A stretch of 64,000 bases of DNA from an uncultured Desulfospira sp. (GCA_963663165.1 OY760175.1:2848001-2912000), one strand, 5' to 3'. Counted from the stretch's first letter, positions 20,959 to 31,845 are shown. Translations and numbers: made by a program. The notes: generated by a model from the sequence alone, not told the origin.

Positions 20959-23900
20959 ATGGGGTTGGACAATGCCTGTGACATGACAAGTACTGACAGG
21001 TACCGGGCATTGAGAAGTGATAAACCTTATCAGGACACCTGCTGTCTTTCAGATTATATCCGGGATAGAAAATCGGGACTCAAAGATGCACTTAAACTTG
21101 CTGAAAACATTGCATCCTCCTTCATAAAACTGCACCAGACCGGTGCCTTTCACGGCTGCCTTTCCCCCGGGAATATTATTGTTTCTTTGAACGGGTACAC
21201 GATTGATCCGGCCGGGTTTGACATCGTTCACCCGGGACAGGCCTTCCGGGATACAGGCGCGGACCTGTCAACACTGGATTCCGGAACCCTTGCCTATATT
21301 GCCCCGGAACTTACCGGCCGGCTCGACTGCCCGGCTGATTCTAAAAGTGACCTGTATTCCCTGGGAATTATTCTGTTTCAACTGATTTTCGGCAGGGTTC
21401 CGTTTGATTTCAAGGATCCGTCAAGGGTCATCCATGCCCACCTGGCCAGGGACCCCTTTGCCGGGGTGGATCCCGGGCCCGATATCCCTTCCGTGGTTGT
21501 AAGAATTATAAAAAAGCTGCTGTCAAAAGATCCCATGAACCGGTATTCAAATGCGGCAGGGCTTAAAGCCGATCTTGAAAATTGCCTGGCACAGTTGGTC
21601 ACCTGCGGTGCCATTGATGATTTTATACTGGACCAGGCAGGAAAGGCCCCGGTGATCCGGCCGGACCAGAACTTTTACGGCCGCAGGGAAGAGTTAAGGA
21701 CGCTTGAGACCCTCTTTGACAAAAAATCATCCCACCATACGGATATGGTCCTGGTAAAGGGGGTGTCCGGGATCGGGAAGACATCTTTGGTCACAAAGTT
21801 CTGTGACAGGATAAAAGACAGACATAACGGCAGCGTCATGGCCATATCCGGAAAATATGACCAGGTCCGGCAGCACATTCCTTACCCGGCCCTGGCCCAG
21901 GCCTTGAAAGCCTTTGTCCGTCAATCCCTGGCCCAGGACAACCCGGTCCTTGACAGCCTTAAAGATGATATCTTAAAGGCAGTGGGCCAAAACGGCCAAC
22001 TCATGTCGGATATGATTCCGCAGCTTGAATGGATCATCGGCCCCCAGCCCGAAGTTCCGGATCTGGATATCATAGAGAGCCGGAACCGCTTCATCAATAC
22101 CTTTGTCCGGTTCCTGTCCGCCCTGGCCGATGGCGGCCGGCAGATCATTTTGTTTCTGGATGATCTGCAATGGGTTGATGCCCCATCCCTGCTTCTGTTA
22201 AAAAAAGTCCTTGGGACAGGCATACCCGGCCTGTTTATCGTGGGGGCCTATCGAAAGGAAGAGGTGGATGCCTTTCATATTCTCAAGGGTTTTATCAAAG
22301 AGGCTGCAGAATCAGGAGCCTCACTGAACAGCATTTTTTTAGGCCCCCTGGACAAAGAGACTGTCACCCGGATGGTCGCGGGTTCCTCAAATACCGGCAT
22401 GGCCGCAGCCGCAGTTGTGGCTGAAACCCTTCGGGATCAATCCTGCGGCAACCCGTTTTACATCAAGGAATATATTCGCTCCCTGCTTTATTTGAACCAC
22501 CTGAAATATGATATAAACCGAAACATCTGGGCGTGGGACATCAAAGGGATTAAAGAACTTGGGCAAACCACGTCCTTAAAGGAACTGACACGCAACAGAA
22601 TAAAAGGCCTGGATACACCCCTTGCCGACATCCTTAAAAAAGCGGCCTGTCTAGGCAGTACCTTTGACCGCGAAGATCTTGCTCTGGTATGCGATGTCCT
22701 TTCCCCTGGGATCGATACTATTCTCAATAAGGCAATGCAACATGAACTGATTGCTGTGGCCCAGGCGGATCAAAAAGGCAAACCACAACGTTTTCAATTT
22801 GTTCATGACGATATCCAGCTTGTTTTTTACCACCTGATCCCCGAAAAAAAAAGAGCGGCGGAACATTACAGGATCGGTAAAATGCTTCACAGCGCCATTG
22901 ACACCGGGATAAAAGATACAAGATTCATGGATGCCGTGGCCCAGATGAACCTTGGCAAAGGTATCGTAAGCAGGACCAGGGAAAAACTGTCCCTTGCAAA
23001 AATAAACCTTGCAGCCGCCCGCACAGCCAAAAAAACAGCCGCTTATCACACCGCCCTTTCCTATGCCGCCACAGGAATCGATCTTGTGGGGGACAGGGCC
23101 TGGCAGGACCATTATAACTTAACCCTGCTCCTTCATAACGAGGCTGTTCAGACCGCATTTTTATGCCTCAAATTTGATCTGGCCCAAAAGCTGGCAGACC
23201 AGGTAACCTGCCATGCCCGAAATTCCCTGGACAAAATGAAGGTTTATGAGATCCGGTTGCTGTTACGCATGGCGGAAAATGCCATCCCCAAGGCACTGGC
23301 CACTGTCCTTGACGCCCTGGGCCAACTGGGTGAAAAACTGCCGGCAAAACCCCATGCAGGACATGTCCTTGCGGCCTATCTAAAAACCAGGGCCGGTATG
23401 ATTAAAAGGCCCCCGGCATTTCTTGAGCATCTCCCGGCCATGGCGGACCCAAGGGCAATGGCCGCGATCCGGCTTTATGCCCAGGGCATAACAACCACCT
23501 ATGTGGCAGCCCCCATGCTTACGCCGGTGTTTGTGTTCAACGAGTTTGCCCTGATTTTGAAATACGGGAACCCGCCCCTGGCCCCTTTTATCTACGCCAT
23601 GTACGGTATGATGCTCTGTTGTGTTATTCATAATGTACCCGCAGGCTTATCATATGCCCGGATTGCTGAAAACCTGTTAAAAAAAGATGAATTCAAGGCC
23701 CAGGCCGCCAGAACCCGGCTTATACTCAACTGCTATGTCAATCCCTGGCAGCATCATCCCAAAAATGATCTGGCCCAGTTAAAACAGGGCCTGGATTCAG
23801 GCCTTGCTGCGGGAGATTTTGAATTTGCCGCTTTTTCCATCCACATGTATTGCGGCCACAGTTTTTACTGCGGAAATCCTTTGCAGCAAATAGAACCGGA

Positions 23901-25947
23901 ACTGCGCCGGGGCAGCCGGGAGATCCGGGTGCTGCAGCATGGCACCATTATCATCGCCAACACCATTTTTCACCAGACCGTATTAAATCTTTTAGGGGAG
24001 TCAGATGATCCCTGCCGCCTTGAAGGTGAAGTTTACAGCGAAAAAGAGATGATGCCGCGCCATCAGAAAAAAAACCATAAAAATGCATTGTGCATTGCAT
24101 GCCTTAATAAACTGCGGCTTTGTTATCTGTTTTACCGGTTTGAAGACGCCCTGGAATGGGCACGCCTGACACAGGAAAATCTCGACGCCGTCATGGGGTC
24201 GCTGCTGGTTCCCTGGTTTTATTTTTATGACGCCCTGGCCCATCTGGCCGTTTATGAAAAGGCGGGTAAAAAGAGGCAGAAACAAATCCTGTCCAGAATT
24301 TCGGCAAGCCTGAAAAAAATGAAAAAATGGGCAACCATAGTCCCTGTCAACCACCAGCATACCTATTTGCTTGTCAAGGCGGAAAAGGCACGGATTAAAG
24401 GAGAAAGCACCCGGGCAACCGATTTTTACAACCAGGCTGTTGATGCCGCCAAAAGACACGGTTATATCCACGAAGAAGCGCTTGCCTGGGAGCTTGCCGC
24501 AAAATTTTACGATGGACAGGACCGGCCGGCCCTTGCTGCCGTCTACCTGACCCGGGCCCTTGCCTGTTATGAAAAATGGGGTGCAAGGGCCAAAATTGAC
24601 CACCTTAAAAAATGCTGTTCCCAGATTTTAACCCATGCCGGTCTGCATCTTTGTTCCCTTAATCCATACGGTGCCTGCCCGGGCAGTTCCCTGGATCTTG
24701 CCGCTTTGACCAGGGCATCCGAAGCCATTGCAAAACAAACCCATATTCCAAGGCTCATGGACAAGCTCATGTCCATTGTCCTGGAAAATGCCGGTGCAAG
24801 AAAAGGGGTTCTGATTTTTAAAACCAACGGGGTCTGGCAGGCAGAAGCCCGGGTGGAAGTGGAAGAGAGCAAAAAATTCAAGCCGCGAAAGCTTTCTGAA
24901 TGCACGGACCTGCCCCATATCGTCATCCGTCATGCCCTGCGGACCGGGCGGGATATTGTGCTGCCCCATGCCGCAGCAGATCCCCGGTATGAACAGGACC
25001 CTTATGTGAGAAATGAAAAATTAAAATCCGCCCTGGGCATCCCCATTTTTCACCAGGGAGAGACACACGGGGTTCTGTATCTTGAAAACAACAGCATGAC
25101 GGCGGTATTTACCCCGGAAAAAATTGAGGTACTCAAAAGCGTTGCAAGGATACTGGCCAATGCCAGGGCAAGGAATCTGGCAGAGGAAAAGATCATTGAT
25201 TACCAGGACCGGCTTCGCTTTCTGTCCTCCCAGCTGCTCCTGGTGGAGGAAAAAGAGCGGCGCCGCATGGCCGTGGCCCTGCACGACACTGTCGGCCATG
25301 GCCTTTCCGGCATTGCCGTGGAATTTGAAAAACTTAAAAAAGAGAGCCCCCGGCCGGACCCTGCACGCTTCAACATGATCCAATCCATTATAGATGAATC
25401 CGTTAAAGCCACCCGCACCCTGGCCTTTGAGCTCAGCCCCCCGGTGCTCTACGACTTGGGACTTGGCGCCGCCCTTGACTGGCTGGCTGAAAAAACCCAA
25501 GCACAGCATGGCGTCCAGGTCCGGTTCATTGATCTTGGCGCAACTGCTGATATTGATCAATCAAGTGCGGTGCTGGTTTTTCAGTCTGTGCGGGAACTTG
25601 TTTTTAACATGGTAAAACATGCCCGCGCGGACAGGGCTGAAATTTTTATGAAAACAGAAAAATTGGACCTGGTGGTGGTTGTCAATGACAACGGCAAAGG
25701 GTTTGATCCGTCCCGCATTAAACCCTGCGGCCATGCAAGAGGTGGGTTTGGCTTGTTTTCCATCCAGGAGAGACTGGGCAGCCGGGGCGGGTATATGCAG
25801 ATTGATTCCGTCGCCGGCAAAGGAACCCGGATCACCCTGGTGCATCCCCTTGAACAGTTGCCGGCCCGGGAAAACAGCCGGCCGGCGAACCGGCAAATAC
25901 GATGTAAGGAACGCAAAAATGACCATAAAGATAGTATTGGCAGATGA
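20959..25947 (+). CDS. giant sensor: degenerate Ser/Thr kinase - AAA_16/STAND-like ATPase - helical region - GAF - HisKA_3 histidine kinase
   Basis: YIAPELTGR..SDLYSLG; Walker A GVSGIGKT, Walker B LFLDDLQW; GVLYLENN (GAF); EEKERRRMAVALHD; VNDNGKGFD, GGFGLFSI. Confidence 0.92.
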   Translation: MGLDNACDMTSTDRYRALRSDKPYQDTCCLSDYIRDRKSGLKDALKLAENIASSFIKLHQTGAFHGCLSPGNIIVSLNGYTIDPAGFDIVHPGQAFRDTGADLSTLDSGTLAYIAPELTGRLDCPADSKSDLYSLGIILFQLIFGRVPFDFKDPSRVIHAHLARDPFAGVDPGPDIPSVVVRIIKKLLSKDPMNRYSNAAGLKADLENCLAQLVTCGAIDDFILDQAGKAPVIRPDQNFYGRREELRTLETLFDKKSSHHTDMVLVKGVSGIGKTSLVTKFCDRIKDRHNGSVMAISGKYDQVRQHIPYPALAQALKAFVRQSLAQDNPVLDSLKDDILKAVGQNGQLMSDMIPQLEWIIGPQPEVPDLDIIESRNRFINTFVRFLSALADGGRQIILFLDDLQWVDAPSLLLLKKVLGTGIPGLFIVGAYRKEEVDAFHILKGFIKEAAESGASLNSIFLGPLDKETVTRMVAGSSNTGMAAAAVVAETLRDQSCGNPFYIKEYIRSLLYLNHLKYDINRNIWAWDIKGIKELGQTTSLKELTRNRIKGLDTPLADILKKAACLGSTFDREDLALVCDVLSPGIDTILNKAMQHELIAVAQADQKGKPQRFQFVHDDIQLVFYHLIPEKKRAAEHYRIGKMLHSAIDTGIKDTRFMDAVAQMNLGKGIVSRTREKLSLAKINLAAARTAKKTAAYHTALSYAATGIDLVGDRAWQDHYNLTLLLHNEAVQTAFLCLKFDLAQKLADQVTCHARNSLDKMKVYEIRLLLRMAENAIPKALATVLDALGQLGEKLPAKPHAGHVLAAYLKTRAGMIKRPPAFLEHLPAMADPRAMAAIRLYAQGITTTYVAAPMLTPVFVFNEFALILKYGNPPLAPFIYAMYGMMLCCVIHNVPAGLSYARIAENLLKKDEFKAQAARTRLILNCYVNPWQHHPKNDLAQLKQGLDSGLAAGDFEFAAFSIHMYCGHSFYCGNPLQQIEPELRRGSREIRVLQHGTIIIANTIFHQTVLNLLGESDDPCRLEGEVYSEKEMMPRHQKKNHKNALCIACLNKLRLCYLFYRFEDALEWARLTQENLDAVMGSLLVPWFYFYDALAHLAVYEKAGKKRQKQILSRISASLKKMKKWATIVPVNHQHTYLLVKAEKARIKGESTRATDFYNQAVDAAKRHGYIHEEALAWELAAKFYDGQDRPALAAVYLTRALACYEKWGARAKIDHLKKCCSQILTHAGLHLCSLNPYGACPGSSLDLAALTRASEAIAKQTHIPRLMDKLMSIVLENAGARKGVLIFKTNGVWQAEARVEVEESKKFKPRKLSECTDLPHIVIRHALRTGRDIVLPHAAADPRYEQDPYVRNEKLKSALGIPIFHQGETHGVLYLENNSMTAVFTPEKIEVLKSVARILANARARNLAEEKIIDYQDRLRFLSSQLLLVEEKERRRMAVALHDTVGHGLSGIAVEFEKLKKESPRPDPARFNMIQSIIDESVKATRTLAFELSPPVLYDLGLGAALDWLAEKTQAQHGVQVRFIDLGATADIDQSSAVLVFQSVRELVFNMVKHARADRAEIFMKTEKLDLVVVVNDNGKGFDPSRIKPCGHARGGFGLFSIQERLGSRGGYMQIDSVAGKGTRITLVHPLEQLPARENSRPANRQIRCKERKNDHKDSIGR

Positions 25948-26569
25948 TCATGCCATTACCCGGGAAGGCATCAAATCCCTGATCCGGGAAGAGAAAAACA
26001 TGGTAATAGCGGGCGAGGCGGACAATGGCAGGGCTGCTGTTGAAAAGACCCTGGAACTTGTTCCGGATATCGTCATCATGGACATCAATATGCCCGGCCT
26101 TAACGGGATCGAGGCCACCCGGCGGATTCTTGGCCGTTTTCCCCGGATAAAGGTAATTGCCCTGTCCATGTTTTCCGAACGCAGGTATGTCATGGGCATG
26201 CTCAAGGCCGGAGTGGCTGGCTATCTGCTGAAAAACTGCGCATCTGAGGAACTGACCGACGCCGTTAACACCGTTTTCAACGGCAGCCGCTATTTAAGCC
26301 GGCAGATCACCGACATGGTCATGGATGATTTTGTAGCCGGCCGTTCTTTAGAGCAGGATGTTTCCAGCAAAATCCTGAGTTCAAGGGAGCGAGAAATACT
26401 TCAGCTTACCGCTGAAGGCTTTACCTGTCTTCAGATTGCCGCCCGTCTCCATATCAGTGAAAAGACCGTGTCCACCCACAGAAGAAGGGTGATGGACAAG
26501 CTTAATATCCATTCCATTGCAGGGCTGACCAAGTTCGCCCGTCAGGGAAGGATTGACCTTTCTGGATGA
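25919..26569 (+). CDS. NarL/FixJ-family response regulator
   Basis: MTIKIVLADDH, PDIVIMDINMP, GYLLK, LSSREREIL...ISEKTVSTHR; last about 10 codons look frameshifted. Confidence 0.93.
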   Translation: MTIKIVLADDHAITREGIKSLIREEKNMVIAGEADNGRAAVEKTLELVPDIVIMDINMPGLNGIEATRRILGRFPRIKVIALSMFSERRYVMGMLKAGVAGYLLKNCASEELTDAVNTVFNGSRYLSRQITDMVMDDFVAGRSLEQDVSSKILSSREREILQLTAEGFTCLQIAARLHISEKTVSTHRRRVMDKLNIHSIAGLTKFARQGRIDLSG

Positions 26570-26586
26570 TTAAGAAGCCGTAAATC

Positions 26587-29500
26587 ATGTCAACCCAATA
26601 TCATACAAATCAAATCTGCAGCACAATTGATGATTTTTTGCCGGATCAGGCCGGGGAAAACCCCTGGTTCAGGCTAAAGGACAGGTTTTACGGCCGGGAC
26701 AGGGAATTGTCCCGGCTGCACCGGTTTTTTCTGAAAAACGGCAACGCATGCGGACTTGCACTGGTATCCGGCGTGTCGGGGATTGGGAAAACAGCCTTTG
26801 TCCGGGCTTTTTGCCAAGGGATTAATAAAGCGGGGAACCCTGTGGTTCCAATCATCTGCGGAAAATACGACCAGGTCCGCCAGGATATCCCTTATTCCGC
26901 CCTGGCAGACGCATTAAGGCAATTTGTACACCAGTCCATGGCCCAAAGCGACCCGGTGTTTAAAGCGTTGCAGGATAATATTAAAAAAGCCCTGGGCGGC
27001 AACGGGCGGCTTATGACCGACATGATCCCGGAACTGGAATGGATCATCGGCCCCCAGCCCAGGGTATCTGAATTGAATATTCTTGAGACCCGGAACCGGT
27101 TTATTGCAACATTTATCCGGTTTCTCAGGGCTGTTTGCAAAAAAACAGGAAAAGTTTTTCTTTTTCTGGATGATCTGCAATGGATTGATGCAGGCTCCCT
27201 TACCCTGCTGGAGGCTGTCCTTGAACAGGGCATTCCCGGTTTTTTTATTATCGGCGCCTTTCGAAGGGAAGAGGTCGATTCCTCGCACAGGCTTTACAAG
27301 GTGATTGATGCCGTCCACGGCACCGGCATACCGGTTGAAAAGATTTCCATTGGCCCCTTAAGCCAGGCTGCCATCACCCGGATGCTTGCCGGGTCCTCGA
27401 ATACCGGCGTGGCCGCTGCCGGCCCCCTGGCGGAAATCATCAGGGACAGATCCTGCGGCAACCCGTTTTTCATCAAAGAATATGTCCGGTCCCTGTTTCA
27501 TTTTAACTACCTGAAATATGATCTGGCCCGTAACAACTGGGAATGGGATATCCGGCGGATCAAAGAGATGAATACAAGGACCTCCATGCAGGAACTGACC
27601 CGGACCAGGATTTTGGCTTTAGATCCTTCTCTTACAGGAATTCTTGAAAAAGCCGCCTGCCTGGGCAATGCATTTGACTGCCGCGATCTTGCCCTTGCCT
27701 GCGATCTGCCCCTGTCCGTGATTAATGCCTCACTGAAACAGGCGGTCCTTCATGAACTCATTGTAGCGGATAAAAAAAATGACGGGAAAGACGGTGCTCC
27801 TCACCCTGGCACCTATGGGTTCAAATTTGTTCATGACGGGATTCAACTGTGTTTCTATGATCTGATTCCCGGGGAGAAAAGAGCGGCAGAACACTACCGG
27901 ATCGGAAAAAAACTTTACAATACCGTGCAGACAAAGAAAAAAGACGGCAGGCTCATGGATGCCGCAGGCCAGATGAATCTTGGTAAAAGCGCCGTTACAG
28001 ACAAAAAGGAACAACATGCGCTTGCAAAAATAAACCTGGCTGCTGCCCGGGAAGCAAGGACTGCCGCTGCCTACCATACCGCCCTTTCATACGCCGCCAC
28101 AGGGATCAGCCTTTTGGGGGACACGGCATGGCAGACCCGCTATGACTTAACCCTGGCCCTTTACAACGAAATCGTCGAGGTCTGTTTTCTGTGCCTGAAA
28201 TTTAATGAGGTGGAAGATTACGGTAAAAAGATACTGGATCACGCCCGGACGCCCCTGGACAAAATGAAGGCCTATGAAATCTTTATTATCATGCTTGGCT
28301 CACGCAAAATATTTAACAGGGCCATTGAAACCGGTATTGACGCCCTGGCGCAACTGGGTGAAAAACCACCTGTAACCCCACGTAAAGGACAGATCCTGGC
28401 CGCTTATTTAAGAACCAGGATCTCCATGTTCAACAGGCCGCCGGCCGTCCTTGAACACCTCCCGCCCATGGAAGATCCAAGGGCCCTGGCAGCCATCCGG
28501 ATCTATTCACAGTCAGCCACGGTTGCCTTTGCCGCAGCCCCCATGCTTGTCCCCCTGTATATGCTTCACTGTTTTTTACTGACCCTGAAATACGGCAACC
28601 CGCCCTTTGCCCCTTTTGTCTATGCCATGTACAGCATGATCCTTTGCGGCATCACCGGGGATGTGCCCCTGGGGCTTGAGTATGCCCGCCTTGCCTTAAA
28701 GCTTCTGGAAAAAGATGAATTTAAAAGCCTGGCCGTAAAAACCCGGCTGATCATCAACTGTTATGCAACCCAGTGGCAGCACCACCCGAAAAATGATCTG
28801 GACCAGATGAAACAAGGCCTTGAACTCGGACTTGCCGACGGCGACTTTGAGTATGCCGCGTTCTCCATCCATATGTACAACGGCCACCGTTTTTACTGCG
28901 GCCGGCCATTATCCGGACTGGACCTTGAAATGCGCCGGGGCAGCCAGGAGATCAGGACCCTGGGGCAGGATGCCATCCTCAACATAAACCTGATCTTTCA
29001 CCAGGCGGTATTGAACCTTCTGGGCAGATCCGCAGATCCCTGCTGCCTTGAAGGAGAGGTTTACAGCGAAAAAAAGATGTTCCCCCAGTATGTGGAGACG
29101 GGCAACACCAATGCCCTTTGCATCGCCAATCTCAACAAGATGCTGCTGTGCTGTCTGTTTTACCGGTTTGAAGATGCCCGAAAATGTGCCGGAAGGACAG
29201 AGGCGAACCTGGACTCGGTCACTGGGCTGAGCCTGGTGCCCTGGTTTTATTTTTATGATGCCCTGGTTCATCTTGCGGCTTATGAGAATGCGGACCCCAA
29301 AAGCCGGAAGAAATTTTTATCCAGGATATCGGCCACCCGGAAAAGGCTGAAAAAATGGACAAAAATAATCCCGGTCAACTATGAGCACAGATATCTGCTG
29401 GTTGAAGCGGAAACGGCAAGGATCAAGGGCAAAAAAGACCTTGCAGCCGATCTTTACAACCGGGCCGCCGATGCGGCCCAAAAAAACGATTATATCCACG

Positions 29501-30906
29501 AAGAGGCCCTTGCCTGGGAGCTTGCCGCAAAATTTTACGATGAACAGGACCGGTCAACAATTGCTGCCGTCTACCTGGACAGGGCCCTTGCCTGCTATGA
29601 AAAATGGGGGGCTGTTGCCAAGATCGCCCACCTTGAAAAACACTTTTCCCATCTTTTAAGCAATAACGGCCGGCATCTTTGTTTCCACTCCCCCCCAGGT
29701 TTACAGAAAAGCGCTTCCATTGATCTTGCCGCCTTGACCAGGGCATCCGAGGCCATTGCAAAGGAGACCGTGATCATAAGGCTCATGGACAAACTCATGG
29801 CCATTGTACTGGAAAATGCCGGGGCCCAGAAAGGATCCCTGCTTTTTAAAACCAGCGGGATTTGGCAGGTAGAAGCCCGGGTGGATGTGGAAAAAGATAA
29901 AAGATTCAGGCCCGTGCCTCTGGAAGAATGCCCGGACCTTCCCCATGCCTTGATCCGATATGCCCGGCGCACCGGCCGGGACATTGTGCTCGCCCATGCA
30001 GCAGAAGACCCGGGATATGAATGGGACCCTTATGTACGAAAAGAAAAATTAAAATCCGCCCTGTGCATCCCCATTTCCCACCAGGAGAAAATAAGCGGGG
30101 TCCTGTATCTTGAGAACAACAATCTTACAGGCGTATTTACCCCTGAAAAAATTGAGGTACTCAAAAGCGTGGCACGGATTCTGGCCAATGCCCGGGCAAG
30201 GAACCTGGCAGAAGAAAAAATTATTGATTACCAGGACCAGCTTCGCTCCCTGTCTTCCCAGCTGCTCCTGGTGGAGGAAAAAGAGCGGCGCCGCATGGCC
30301 GTGGCCCTGCACGACACCATCGGGCACGGCCTGTCCAGCCTTGCCATGGCGTTTGAAAAACTCAAAAAACAGACCCGCAATCCCAACCAGGACCGGTTTG
30401 ACACGATCCGCTCCATTATCGATGAATCCATAAAAGCCACCCGGACCCTGACCTTTGAACTGAGCCCCCCGGTTCTCTATGACCTAGGCCTTGGAGCCGC
30501 CCTTGACTGGCTGGCCGAAAAAACCGAGGCACAGCACGGCATCCGGGTCAGGTTTATGGATATAGGAACAAGCGCGAACATTGATGAATCAAGCGCAGTA
30601 CTGATTTTTCAGTCAGTCCGGGAACTGCTTTTTAACATGGTTAAGCATGCCCATGCCATCAGGGCTGAAGTTCTAATGAAAACAGACGAATCAGACCTCA
30701 TGGTTGTTGTTAAAGACAACGGCAGGGGATTTGACCCCTCCGGTGCTGATTTGCAGGACCGGGCAAAAGGCGGGTTCGGCCTGTTTTCCATCCATGAGCG
30801 CCTGGGCAGCCGGGGCGGATATATGGAGATTGACTCGAACCCTGGCCGGGGAACAAAAATCACCCTGGTACTGCCTCTTGAAACCGCCCCGGAACCAGCA
30901 TCCTGA
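26587..30906 (+). CDS. paralogous giant sensor: ATPase - helical region - GAF - HisKA_3 kinase, no Ser/Thr kinase domain
   Basis: GVSGIGKT, LFLDDLQW, GVLYLENN, EEKERRRMAVALHD, VKDNGRGFD; collinear with 21600-25850. Confidence 0.92.
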   Translation: MSTQYHTNQICSTIDDFLPDQAGENPWFRLKDRFYGRDRELSRLHRFFLKNGNACGLALVSGVSGIGKTAFVRAFCQGINKAGNPVVPIICGKYDQVRQDIPYSALADALRQFVHQSMAQSDPVFKALQDNIKKALGGNGRLMTDMIPELEWIIGPQPRVSELNILETRNRFIATFIRFLRAVCKKTGKVFLFLDDLQWIDAGSLTLLEAVLEQGIPGFFIIGAFRREEVDSSHRLYKVIDAVHGTGIPVEKISIGPLSQAAITRMLAGSSNTGVAAAGPLAEIIRDRSCGNPFFIKEYVRSLFHFNYLKYDLARNNWEWDIRRIKEMNTRTSMQELTRTRILALDPSLTGILEKAACLGNAFDCRDLALACDLPLSVINASLKQAVLHELIVADKKNDGKDGAPHPGTYGFKFVHDGIQLCFYDLIPGEKRAAEHYRIGKKLYNTVQTKKKDGRLMDAAGQMNLGKSAVTDKKEQHALAKINLAAAREARTAAAYHTALSYAATGISLLGDTAWQTRYDLTLALYNEIVEVCFLCLKFNEVEDYGKKILDHARTPLDKMKAYEIFIIMLGSRKIFNRAIETGIDALAQLGEKPPVTPRKGQILAAYLRTRISMFNRPPAVLEHLPPMEDPRALAAIRIYSQSATVAFAAAPMLVPLYMLHCFLLTLKYGNPPFAPFVYAMYSMILCGITGDVPLGLEYARLALKLLEKDEFKSLAVKTRLIINCYATQWQHHPKNDLDQMKQGLELGLADGDFEYAAFSIHMYNGHRFYCGRPLSGLDLEMRRGSQEIRTLGQDAILNINLIFHQAVLNLLGRSADPCCLEGEVYSEKKMFPQYVETGNTNALCIANLNKMLLCCLFYRFEDARKCAGRTEANLDSVTGLSLVPWFYFYDALVHLAAYENADPKSRKKFLSRISATRKRLKKWTKIIPVNYEHRYLLVEAETARIKGKKDLAADLYNRAADAAQKNDYIHEEALAWELAAKFYDEQDRSTIAAVYLDRALACYEKWGAVAKIAHLEKHFSHLLSNNGRHLCFHSPPGLQKSASIDLAALTRASEAIAKETVIIRLMDKLMAIVLENAGAQKGSLLFKTSGIWQVEARVDVEKDKRFRPVPLEECPDLPHALIRYARRTGRDIVLAHAAEDPGYEWDPYVRKEKLKSALCIPISHQEKISGVLYLENNNLTGVFTPEKIEVLKSVARILANARARNLAEEKIIDYQDQLRSLSSQLLLVEEKERRRMAVALHDTIGHGLSSLAMAFEKLKKQTRNPNQDRFDTIRSIIDESIKATRTLTFELSPPVLYDLGLGAALDWLAEKTEAQHGIRVRFMDIGTSANIDESSAVLIFQSVRELLFNMVKHAHAIRAEVLMKTDESDLMVVVKDNGRGFDPSGADLQDRAKGGFGLFSIHERLGSRGGYMEIDSNPGRGTKITLVLPLETAPEPAS

Positions 30907-30948
30907 CATCCTGATCCGAATATCCCATGATCCTCTTCAGGTATATCT

Positions 30949-31029
30949 TCAGATTTCCTGAAGCGCGAAATCAGAATTTCTGAAGGTAAAATTCCGAATT
31001 CCCGAACCGCAAAATCTACCTTTCCCTGA
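30949..31029 (+). promoter_or_regulatory. phased TCAG-N5-CTGA operator-like array
   Basis: TCAGATTTCCTGA (30949), TCAGAATTTCTGA (30971), TCCGAATTCCCGA (30993), half site TTTCCCTGA ending at 31029; 22 bp period. Confidence 0.65.
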
Positions 31030-31110
31030 TTGTTTTTGCCCTGAATTAATGATTAATCTTGCCCTAAACAGCCATGTTCCGACAGACACAACAAAAAAGG
31101 AGAATTTAAG

Positions 31111-31845
31111 ATGAAAAAAAAGTTACTGGCAGGGTTTGTAGGGACATTTTTATTGTTTTGTATGTATAGTGCAGCACAAGCTGTCACAATTAATTTTACA
31201 GGTCATCTTAGTCGATTACAAAAAAGAACTCCTGAATCATGGACTTACGATTATATTGATCCTAATTTTGCAATAGGAGATACTTTTTCTGGTAGTTTTA
31301 TTTATAGTAAAATATGTCCGCCTGAGAATGTGTCGGAAGGCGCCACTGACTCGTATTCATATCGTGGAGTGATATCAGATTTCAGTTTGATGTTTAACAC
31401 AGGAAACAGCACCGGGTTCACACTCACCAACACCATTGATGCCAATGATGATGCCCGTATCAGCATAAGCAATGCCACAGCAGATCCTTGGCGGTATCAG
31501 GATATCACATCTACCGTTATCGATTTAACCCAGTCAGATCAATCATTGGGCCTGGATGTTATTAATATAATCTGGCGGTTATATGATGATGACGGTGACA
31601 TGTTTGACAACTCAACACTTAAGGATTTGGATTATGTAAGTGTTTTAGATAACATTGAACACCAAAGTAATGACATCCAATTTTATTTTAGTGATGGGTC
31701 CGGTGTATTGGATACACAATGGGTCTTTGATACAATATCTTTCGAATCGTCAACGGTCCCTATTCCCGGATCAGCCTGGCTACTGAGCACAGGCCTTTTT
31801 TGTCTTGTTGGGTTAACCAGAACCGCCTTTCACACAAATTTTTAA
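31111..31845 (+). CDS. VPxP-CTERM (PEP-CTERM-like) protein
   Basis: Signal peptide ending AQA; VPIPGSAWLLSTGLFCLVGLTR; AGGAG RBS. Confidence 0.88.
   Translation: MKKKLLAGFVGTFLLFCMYSAAQAVTINFTGHLSRLQKRTPESWTYDYIDPNFAIGDTFSGSFIYSKICPPENVSEGATDSYSYRGVISDFSLMFNTGNSTGFTLTNTIDANDDARISISNATADPWRYQDITSTVIDLTQSDQSLGLDVINIIWRLYDDDGDMFDNSTLKDLDYVSVLDNIEHQSNDIQFYFSDGSGVLDTQWVFDTISFESSTVPIPGSAWLLSTGLFCLVGLTRTAFHTNF

Noticed and set aside
25679..25918. N-terminal extensions in the ORF track (also 32687, 36454, 43065, 53935, 56631)
   Set aside because: They overlap neighbours or non-coding DNA; family motifs, and in most cases an RBS, support the later starts used here.
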